Shown: positions 1-7,821 of the stretch, piece by piece
How the letters are laid out: the number at the start of each line of letters is the position of its first letter
Position numbering within the stretch: position 1 is the stretch's first letter
From: Ascoidea asiatica JCM 7603
Taxonomy: Eukaryota > Fungi > Ascomycota
Reading direction: 5' to 3'
NCBI GenBank assembly: GCA_001600695.1
Contig: BCKQ01000011.1
Location: 587,239-595,059, forward strand
DNA: 7,821 nt
Translations under genes and position numbers: made by a program
The notes under the pieces: generated by a model
What the model saw: the letters and a program-made list of their open reading frames with translations, nothing else
Databases searched by the model: none
What the model was told of the DNA's origin: nothing

Positions 1-9
1 TAAATTTGG

Positions 10-410
10 CCTTAAATACGTATCATAAAAGTTGAAAATGATACAAAAGTGTATCAAAAAAATAAAAATGATACAACACTGTATCAAGAGAGTAAATAGG
101 AGATAGGAAATGTAAACCGATAGGATATTGATAACAATATGTATCAATAAATAGCAAATTAAACACGGAATCAGTAACCGATAAAAAAATGATACAAAAG
201 TGTATCAAAAAAATAAAGGTGATGCAAAATTGTATCCAAAAATAAAAGGGCTACAAATTGGTATAAAAAAATAATGAGGAAATAAAAAATAATAAAAAAA
301 AGAGAGGTAACTTTTTAGTAAAAATAAAATGTATTTTTTTAAAGATTACCCTAATTGACTATTGTAGTTACTAAGGTCAGAAATGATCGAAGAACCATTT
401 CTGTCAACAG
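10..410 (+). repeat. Left arm of 401-bp inverted repeat (TIR-like)
   Basis: Position p pairs with 7831-p without gaps. 10-176 is identical to the reverse complement of the right arm, with 4 mismatches in 10-331 and 11 in 332-410. Similarity stops abruptly at 411/7420. Confidence 0.97.
39..266. repeat. Array of TGATACA-N4-TGTATCA palindromes (mirrored at 7565-7792)
   Basis: Perfect copies at 39-56, 69-86 and 190-207. Degenerate copies at 129-146, 220-237 and 249-266. Start-to-start spacings are 30, 60, 61, 30 and 29 bp. Confidence 0.9.
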
Positions 411-575
411 GAAAAAGTAGCCTTAATTATTTCTTTAATTTGTTTCGACATTTTAGAAAAAGAATTTTATTTTATTAATTTTGATTATACTACCAAAAAC
501 ACAACCCATATTAAACAATGTTTCATCCTTTGATAAACACTCTACTAAAAGGGTGGTTAGTTTTTACTGTTGTTT

Positions 576-580
576 GTTTT
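576..580. repeat. 5-bp target site duplication, left copy GTTTT (right copy GCTTT at 6810-6814)
   Basis: 4/5 match flanking both inferred LTR outer ends. 5 bp is the expected TSD length for copia elements. The sequence is low complexity, so a chance match is possible. Confidence 0.6.
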
Positions 581-1534
581 TAAAGTGAATTCGTGGCAGA
601 TAATAAACTATGATTATTTTCAAGACCTAAAACAGGCATTTCAAAGAAAAACTAAGATGTAAAACGTGATCTTGAACAAGGCTTTAATTTATTAATAAAA
701 AAAATTAATAAAATAATAATAATAATAAAATAATATTAATAAATCGAGATGAAATACTAAACAATTGGGCATAATAAACGCTTATAAATAGTAAACTGAG
801 ATAACTTGAACATACAAACAAACTGAAATAAACTAAATAAAGAATGTTCTATTGATTTACTTTAATTTAAGAGCGAAACTAAACTGTAAAATCAAAAAAT
901 ACAATTGAATTTTAAAACTCAAACTCAGACAAATTAATAAAAAAAAGATAAAAACAAATTAAGAGGAAATTGATTTTAAATAAATGAAATCTCCAAATCA
1001 AACAACTGCAAACCTTAACTAAATTTGAGGTACTGAAAACAAAAGTTCACTAGAATAAAACAATTACTGAGCACAAAAATTTGCTAATGAGAACAGCACA
1101 AACGATTATTATTTGATAAAAATTAATTTACTTTATAAATGATCCACGCAAATAAATAAACCTAGTTCATTTTTCTGCGAAATATTAAACCTATCATGTC
1201 CACTAAATGGAAATTTCAAGACCACACCCCCAGTGCTGAATGATGAGAATCCGTTAGCCGTATAATATTGGAATTTACTTTTAAAAGTTCAGGCAACTGA
1301 AAATAATTACCATCTAGTATAATCCTTGCAATATATATTAAAGCCATATATACCGCTCACCTTGACAACATACGCATTCGTTGTAAAACAGAAACACTTC
1401 GCCTAAACAAATTGGGAAACAAAAGTAAAACAAAACATAAAACAAAAACAAATTATATTGAAATATGACAATTGCCAAGGCGGCAATCTTCGGTAAACTT
1501 CCTTACTTTGTTTGTGAATATATTTAGTAATTCA
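581..1534 (-). repeat. 3' LTR (~954 bp)
   Basis: Direct repeat of 5858-6809 (offset 5277 at the left end; 21 mismatches in the first 100 bp). On the minus strand it starts TGAA at 1534, 3 nt after the PPT. The outer end reads TA instead of CA. Confidence 0.88.
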
Positions 1535-2335
1535 AAATCTCTCCCTTTCCAGTTTTGAATAATTATCCAAAACACGGCTTATTGAAATAGTTGCCACCAT
1601 TGATTAATACTTGATATGATTTATTTTTAATGATCCATTGTTGTTTTATTCCTTACTGGCATGGTATCGGATATCATAATGTTTGTTCCTAGAGTTCACT
1701 TTTTGTTTCCTTGATAAAGTTATTACAGCTTCATTATCGAAATAAACAAAAACTTAGGTGAAAATGATTGTTAAAGAATAACTTTATTTCTGTCCACCAT
1801 CGGGCTTCTTTAAAAACCATCAGCAATCCCCGAATGTTAGGCTCAGTTTACGACGTACATAGAGGAGTAAAGTTATAGCGCCGTGCAATATGTGAATGAT
1901 CTGGCAACTTTAATATAATAGCGATACTAATCCTTTTTTTGGACCACTTGAAAAATCCTCCTCACAATAAATGTTAATTGAATTAATATTGATATGATCT
2001 TTGAATCTCAAACATTTTTCTTTTAAGAAATATGAATAATTCATTATATTTTCAAGTTTTTTAAATACGTTTGGATGTGGAAATTCACAAACTCTTGCCA
2101 TGTATTGAGCAGCATAAGAAATATCTGGATGACCTTTATTGCCTATATACATTAAAGATCCAACAATTGATCTGTAATTCTGGATACAGTTTACTAAAGT
2201 ATCTGCATCATAATCCATTTCTTTATCAACTAATCCAAAATAAACGCCACTAACAGTTGAAGTACGTCTTTTATCATTAATACAGTCATTGGCTTTACAT
2301 AGCTTTTTGATATTATCTTCTAAGGATAATTTCAT
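1532..2335 (-). pseudogene. pol: RT C-terminus and RNase H, degenerate
   Basis: YRSIVGSLMY...HPDISYA in ORF 1910-2335, then IYCEEDF. After frameshifts, YFDNEAVI...RNKHYDIRYH (about 1744-1655) by hand translation, with internal stops. Confidence 0.9.
1538..1550 (-). other. Polypurine tract
   Basis: Minus strand GGAAAGGGAGAGA (13 purines), followed by TTT and the TGAA start of the 3' LTR. Confidence 0.85.
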
Positions 2336-3579
2336 TTGTTCAATGATCCATCTGTGTTAAAAATCTTTTCAACATTAAAACTTAACAATATACCTGTACC
2401 ATCTGACTGTTTAAGTGTAATTCCAGACTTGAATTTGTTTTGAGTTGTATTCATAAGGTTCTTAAACACTTCCTCAGCTTTAGTCATAATTACCATATCA
2501 TCAACAAAGACTAATACAATAGCTTTAATTTCTAAATTTTTGTTCCTTAAATAAATAGAAGGGGCCATTGGAGAATCCTCGTAATTATATTCTTTAAGCA
2601 AAGCAGCTATGGTTGAGTACCATAATCTACCACTTTGTTTCAAACCGCAAAATGCCTTTAACAATTTTGCTATTCTAGTTTTACCAGCAGCACCGTTTAT
2701 ACCATCAGCTACATATATAAAAATATTTTTATCAAGCTCAGCATTTAAGTAAGCAGTTGAAATGTCCATCACATTTAACACTAACTTTTCCTTCAAGTAT
2801 AATCCAATACATATATTTAAAATAGTCAAATTTAATGTTGGAGAATATGTGTAATCATAAGTATTAGCATATTGAAGATTACCTAAACGAACTAATCTGG
2901 CTTTAAATACACTATTGCCTTTGATGTTGAAAACCCATTTTGTTGTGATCGGTCTGCTTTTCCATGCATCAGTAGCATTGCAAGGTTTAGTCCAAGTTTT
3001 ATGAAGTTCTAAACTTTCAATCTGTGAAGCCATTGCTTCTTTCCACTTTACCCATTCTTGTGAAGCTTCAGCTTGCATAACTGACTTTGGAATAACAACT
3101 GGATTAATATTATTTATCAGCAAGATATCATCAGGTAAGTCCTTATATAAATTTTCAACGTCTAACCTATTAAATAAGAATTTGATTTTGTTCTTGTATA
3201 GACTAGAAACATCTTTCTTTGTCTCAGGCTTGGTTATCTTGCCTTCCAAGTGTTTTATAGTCCTAGATGAAATTGACCTATCATTCATAGATAGGACAAC
3301 TTTAGCATTCAGAAGATCTGATTGCAAGTTCTTTGAAATAACTTCATCGGAATCCCCACTACCAGCCTTTTTTTCAATTTCATACTCATGACCTAAGTCT
3401 TCATTTTCACCAACACTTTCAAATTCTGGAACTAGTTTAATTACTTCTCTGTCATCATGACCTATGTGACCATAAACCTTATCACCGGGAATCACATCTT
3501 TATTTGTAATTCTTGATTTATTTTCATTTTCAACTTCCATATCATTATCTTCCAATTCTTTCACAAACTTTTCATACAT
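2332..3579 (-). pseudogene. pol: IN-RT linker and reverse transcriptase core (open fragment, frameshifted at ~2335)
   Basis: WKEAM...ESLELHKTW, TKWVFNIK, FKARLV, MDISTAYLNA, GLKQSGRLWY and VFVDDM are copia-type RT motifs. Confidence 0.95.
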
Positions 3580-3759
3580 ATTTTCTTGAGCAACAGCTTA
3601 TTTAAAAAAAAAATCTAACATGCTTAGTGTCAATACAATTATTCAACCTTTCAATAAAAATTTTCCATCCAAAACAGTTTGTTGAAGGACTTATCAAATA
3701 ACCAACAACATCTTTCGATTTCATTTTATCTTCGATATTTAATCTGTTACCACAAGGTC

Positions 3760-4495
3760 TGATCCAAAATTATGAAATTTTCCAATGTTGAGTACCTTAC
3801 CTGTTAAGTAAGGGTATGGACTGTCTCCTAATCTGTTGTTAAAAGTGCAGTTTCTTAACATGTTTCCATATAAAATAGCAAGAAGAAAAATTGTTGTACC
3901 CTGGATTTTAATTTGTGACTACCAGCTAATAAAACTTTTGCATCTCTAACCAAAATATGATTTTTCTTCTCTGCAATAGCGTTTGACGCAGGAGTATAAG
4001 GAGTACTAAAACTCTGTAAAATTCCTTCCCTAATGCAAGTAGAATTCATCTCTGTTAAAGTATATTCGGCACCATTATCGCCAAGAATCCTTTTGATTCT
4101 ATCATTATACTGAGTTTCAACCAATCTGATGAAATTATGAAAACTGTTAACCACTTCCGATTTATTTTGCATTGGTATTGTTTAACAATAACTAGTGAAA
4201 TCATCTGTGAATGTAGCAAAGTAAGAATAATTCAGGATTTTGAATGGTCCAGCGATGCCACTATGCACAACTTCCCATAGAAATGATGCCATTTGATCTA
4301 GCATACTTGAACCTTCATTAGCATACTTGAACCCTTATTAGCAAACCTTTCTGTTTTTCCTAGACCGCATACTTGTCGTTGAAGATCTTTCATCTCCTTG
4401 ATATCTCAGTCCTTAACACCAAAAACTAAACCATGATTCATACTTTTCATAATTGTATCTTTATTAATATGTCCTAATGCACTTTGTAAGTTTAC
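3760..4495 (-). pseudogene. pol: Integrase domain, degenerate (boundaries approximate)
   Basis: Decayed HHCC (LQSALGH...RQVC) with TGA at 4406-4408. VVHSGIAGP has the first catalytic D replaced by G (4257-4259). Also YFATFTDDFT, GDNGAEY, SNAIAEKKN and then LRNCTF..SPY..LTGK..FG in another frame. Several frameshifts. Confidence 0.92.
4299..4343. repeat. 20-bp tandem duplication causing an integrase frameshift
   Basis: TAGCATACTTGAACCTTCAT / TAGCATACTTGAACCCTTAT / TAGCA. Removing one unit restores the frame between the HHCC region and the catalytic core. Confidence 0.9.
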
Positions 4496-4559
4496 ATAAT
4501 TTACCAAAACATCTGGTTTCTTAATATATTTCATATCAATATTCCATACTCTATTTTTA

Positions 4560-4880
4560 TCAAAACTAGGGAAATATTTATGTTTATCTTTGCCAGAAAT
4601 AAGTTTTCTACCTGAAACACTTCCCTTTTTATCTTCTAGATTAATTACAGCAAAAAGTGTATGCCAGATTTCACAAAACTAATGACACTCAATCTTCATT
4701 TCAGTATCATCTTGAGCTAATACTAATGTACCAACTTCTTTTGGAGTAAAACTTTTACCAGTTGGACCTTTGAAATTCAATGATGAATGTTTAACATCAT
4801 TAACATCATGTAATAATAATCTATTACCTGTACTAGATGAACCAGCTCGTGAATCTATAATTATATTATTAATTTCGGTA
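4560..4880 (-). pseudogene. pol: Aspartic protease domain, degenerate (boundaries approximate)
   Basis: Hand translation IIIDSRAGSS (DSRA at 4844-4855; canonical DSGA) in the same frame as the zinc knuckle. In-frame TAG at 4679-4681. Confidence 0.8.
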
Positions 4881-4993
4881 CAATCTTTTGAAACATCTAA
4901 ATTAGCATATAATATTAGAAGTTCTGTGAATTTTGCTTCAAACCGTGCTCTATCATCACTACTACCATTTCCATTTTCATGGTTTAACTTAAA

Positions 4994-5916
4994 AAATTGA
5001 ACCTTTCTGTGACAAACAACTCCACAATGAAAACATTACTTGAAACTTTCTTCTTCTTAGAATTTTTCTGTTTCTTTTCATTTTTACCATTGTTATTAAC
5101 ATTGTTGACACCCAAGTTTGAATGTTGTTTAATTGCATCATTTGCATCAATATCCTCACTCATTATGATCAATGTATTAAACAACTAGTTTAACGATAGC
5201 TTCGAATTTTGAGCTCTAATAAACGTTCTAAATAGAACTATACTACCACCTGAACCTTTCAGAACATAGTTAATTCTAGTTTCATCTGAAACCTCAGATG
5301 CAGCACCTTTGATTTCCATCCTAATTGAATTTAGTTTCTTAATAAATTCATTTACATCTTTTCCTGAATAAGAAAGTTTATCTAAATCTGCTAAAATCTC
5401 AAATACCATCCTAGGGTTTCCTACCGTGACAACCAAGTTTCTCAATTTATGTACACCATGAGATAAGGGGTCTAAAAATCCTGCTAGATTATCACCAACA
5501 CAAAGAGTAAGAATATCATTTAATATATCCGAGATATTATCATCCAATTCAGTGAAAGGAATAGTTTTTTGTGAAACAGTTTTGATTCCCAACATACCAA
5601 TAACTCTTCCAAAGTTACCAAACCATAAATTCCATTTGGATTTAGATTTTAAAACACCAATAACTTTACCATAATTGAGAGCATAATTAAATTTTAAAGT
5701 ACCACTATGATTTGATTTTGAAGTCAATTTTACTTGACTAGTAAAATGATTGGGTTCATTATGTCCATCAACTGTATCGTTAGCCACATCCAGAATGTTT
5801 CCAAAAGCATTATCACCTCCAACAACTTGATTAAGTATATCATTAGCGGCGCTACCATGAAGAGAATTCGCGGCAGACAAAAAGGTATGTTCTGCTTCAA
5901 GACCTAAAACAGGCAT
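4994..5916 (-). pseudogene. gag: gag (capsid plus degenerate zinc knuckle), interrupted
   Basis: Open from ATG 5916 (inside the 5' LTR; an alternative in-frame ATG lies at 5961) through the PBS (SLHGSA, compare Ty1 ISHGSA) to TAG 5185-5187. It continues in frame through an N/K-rich tract, then frameshifts near 5036 into CFHCGVVCHRKVQF (4994-5035). Confidence 0.85.
5845..5857 (-). other. Primer binding site for initiator tRNA-Met
   Basis: Minus strand TGGTAGCGCCGCT is complementary to the 3' end of yeast tRNAi-Met (...AGCGGCGCUACCA) and contains the Ty1 PBS TGGTAGCGCC. It lies immediately after the LTR CA. Confidence 0.96.
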
Positions 5917-6809
5917 TTCAAAAAAAGACGTAAATGTAAAACATGATGTTAAATAAGGCATTAATTTATCAATAAAATAAATTAATAGAATAATAATAGT
6001 AATAAAATAATAATACTAAATGTAGATAATATAATAAACAATTATATATACGAAACTAAGATAATTCAAAACAACATACACATAAATAATATAAACTAAA
6101 TAAAGAATATTCAACTTATTTAGATTAATTTGAAAACAAACCTAATTTGTGAAATAAAAAAATAAAATTAATTTGTAACACTCAAACTCAGACAAATTAA
6201 TAACAAAAACATAAAAACAAATTAAGAACAAGTTGATTTTGATTAAATGAAATCACCAGATCAAACAAACTCAAAACTCAATTGAACTTTGAAGTAATAA
6301 AACGAAAAGTTCAATCGAACAAAAGAATTAGCGAGCAATAAAATTAGCTAATAAGAGCAACACTAAATGTTGACTAATTAAATATAACCAGTTTACATTT
6401 TAAATGATGCAAGCAATCAAATAAACCAATTTCACCTTGTCGCCAAGTATTAAACTTGCCTTTTCCACCAAATAGAAATTCAAAGAAAACACTACCAACT
6501 TTAATTTATAAGAATAAGTTTAGCATACAATATTTAAATTGCCTTTTAAAAGTTAAGGCAACTTAAATTTATTACCATCCAAAATAATCGTTGAGATATA
6601 ATTTACAGCCATATATGTCGAATACCTTGATATCATAAGCATTGGTTGTAACAATAAAACACGCGACATAAACAAATTGAAAAACAAAAATAAAACAAAA
6701 CAAAAATCAAAAAAAATTATTGTAAAAAATTTATAATTTCCAAGGATGCAGTATTCACCAGTTTTCAAATAGTAAAGTTGTTGTTTGCTTGTGTAAGGTA
6801 TGTTATTCT
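5858..6809 (-). repeat. 5' LTR (~952 bp)
   Basis: On the minus strand it ends ...CTCTTCA at 5858, directly abutting the PBS. Homology to the other LTR extends across a ~14-bp indel (about 6757-6774) to 6809. The outer TG is altered to AG, so the outer boundary is less certain. Confidence 0.85.
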
Positions 6810-7291
6810 GCTTTCAATCATTAATATCAAACCCAGAAATAACACTTAGATTGGCGCATATTTATCTCTGCTAGCTTAGTCGGCCACACCAAACACTTTC
6901 ACCTTGTCCCAACAAGGTATTATTAGAACAAGTTTTCAGAATTGGTTTTTTTTGATAAATGCAGTTATACGTCCAAGACAACGAGAACTGCAGTTCCAAA
7001 AATACGCGAGGGTACATGCGTCGCTTTGTTAATTCCTGGTCTCTCTGGTTCCAGTTAAATTGAGTTACACAGACAACTAAACTTTGCTGATTGCTTGCAT
7101 TGTCCCAAATATACAGGACCACCTTGACATCAGGACGTCGTTTAGTGGAAGTCCAATTGACAGAAACCCGGGACTATTGTTTCAATTTTCCTAACCTAAC
7201 CTAAAAAAGTTAAAAATGTCATGCCAGCTTTCACAAAAGTTGGGAAAGGTTAAGAAAATCTAACGTGTAGAACTTCTTTTTCCTGAATCAC

Positions 7292-7342
7292 GATTCGAAC
7301 CAATTCAGTTCTTCATTAAATGAAGACTGCTCCAGTACGCTA
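7292..7342 (-). promoter_or_regulatory. Putative Pol III type-2 internal promoter (A box + B box), tRNA-like
   Basis: Minus strand TAGCGTACTGG (7342-7332, A-box-like) and GGTTCGAATC (7301-7292, B box), 30 bp apart. Downstream T5 and T6 runs at 7216-7212 and 7208-7203. Confidence 0.55.
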
Positions 7343-7420
7343 CCAGCAGATCGCCGGAGCGGCAAAAAAATTCCGCCACACATAGTATAAAATGAAGCCA
7401 AGAAAAAAAAACAATAGGTG

Positions 7421-7821
7421 CTGTTTAGAGAAATGGATCTTCGATCATTTCTGACCTCAGCAACTACAATAGTAAATTATGGTAACCTTTAAAAATTTTC
7501 ATTTTATTTTTACTAAAAAGTTACCTCTCTTTTTTTTATTATTTTTTATTTCCTCATTATTTTTTTATACCAATTTGTAGCACTTTTATTTTTGGATACA
7601 ATTTTGCATCACCTTTATTTTTTTGATACACTTTTGTAGCATTTTTATATCGGCTACTGATTCCGTGTTTAATTTGCTATTTATTGATACATATTGTTAT
7701 CAATATCCTATCGGTTTACATTTCCTATCTCCTATTTACTCTCTTGATACAGTGTTGTATCATTTTTATTTTTTTGATACACTTTTGTATCATTTTCAAC
7801 TTTTATGATACGTATTTAAGG
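7421..7821 (-). repeat. Right arm of 401-bp inverted repeat (may continue beyond the window edge)
   Basis: Reverse complement of 10-410 at about 96% identity. The window ends inside or at the end of the repeat, so the true terminus and any TSD are not visible. Confidence 0.97.

Larger units (their letters stand above)
581..6809 (-). mobile_element. Full-length degenerate Ty1/copia LTR retrotransposon (~6.2 kb)
   Basis: Two direct ~950-bp LTRs, PBS, PPT and TSD. Domain order gag-PR-IN-RT-RNaseH, with copia-type RT motifs (KWVF, KARLV, GLKQSGRLWY, VFVDD). Confidence 0.97.
10..7821. mobile_element. Putative non-autonomous long-TIR (Mutator/foldback-like) element or invertible cassette, ~1.6 kb without the nested retrotransposon
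   Basis: Long inverted arms carrying periodic palindromes. No transposase ORF in the unique segments 411-580 or 6810-7420. The superfamily cannot be assigned because the right flank is missing. Confidence 0.55.

Noticed and set aside
12-15. TTAA near both ends (12-15, 7816-7819) as a piggyBac/Kolobok TSD
   Set aside because: The inverted match continues outside the TTAA (CC/GG), and the inner termini (AT...) do not fit CCY or RR ends.
23-208. 61-aa ORF and its mirror at 7623-7808
   Set aside because: These are by-products of the T-rich palindromic repeat, with a TTG start and low complexity. Their duplication simply reflects the inverted repeat.
39-266. CRISPR-like array
   Set aside because: Eukaryotic context, spacers are short A-tracts rather than unique ~30-nt sequences, and there are no cas genes.
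5185-5187. In-frame TAG as a programmed gag-pol readthrough (Tca2-like)
   Set aside because: It lies upstream of the zinc knuckle, within gag, in an element with many other nonsense lesions. It is more likely a point mutation.
2071-5188. Plus-strand ORFs 2071-2253, 3182-3391, 4770-5000 and 4997-5188
   Set aside because: Short antisense shadows of gag-pol with no recognisable motifs.
6757-6765. Alternative LTR end at 6757 or 6760 (CA), the latter followed by a perfect GTTTT TSD
   Set aside because: LTR-LTR homology resumes beyond it to 6809/1534, where the PPT abuts and the two LTR lengths agree. It is not fully excluded.
6553-7122. Minus-strand ORFs 6553-6768 and 6871-7122 as genes or a transposase remnant
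   Set aside because: Short, with non-ATG starts and no DDE or zinc-finger motifs. The first lies in low-complexity LTR sequence.
7338-7345. Second PBS-like TGGTAGCG on the minus strand
   Set aside because: Only 8 nt, not preceded by an LTR CA end, and it overlaps the A-box-like motif.
7280-7349. Functional ochre-suppressor tRNA (loop centre TTA)
   Set aside because: The acceptor stem and D stem do not pair properly and the T stem is bulged. It is kept only as a tRNA-like Pol III unit.

Overview
AT-rich eukaryotic window, probably from a budding yeast judging by the tRNAi-Met primer site. It has a nested structure. (1) The window is bracketed by a 401-bp inverted repeat (10-410 / 7421-7821; 15 mismatches by hand count, no indels, outer 167 bp identical). 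The repeat carries ~30-bp-spaced TGATACA-N4-TGTATCA palindromes, and no transposase is visible between the arms. (2) Inside it is a full-length but decayed Ty1/copia LTR retrotransposon on the minus strand (581-6809). It has long ~950-bp LTRs that are only ~79% identical in the block I counted, a 13-nt tRNAi-Met PBS, a PPT, a near-perfect 5-bp TSD and a broken gag-PR-IN-RT-RNaseH frame. (3) Between the retroelement and the right arm is a tRNA-like Pol III A-box/B-box unit. The main oddity is that the enclosing inverted repeat looks much younger or more homogenised than the retrotransposon inside it. All alignments and counts were done by hand; no database searches were run.
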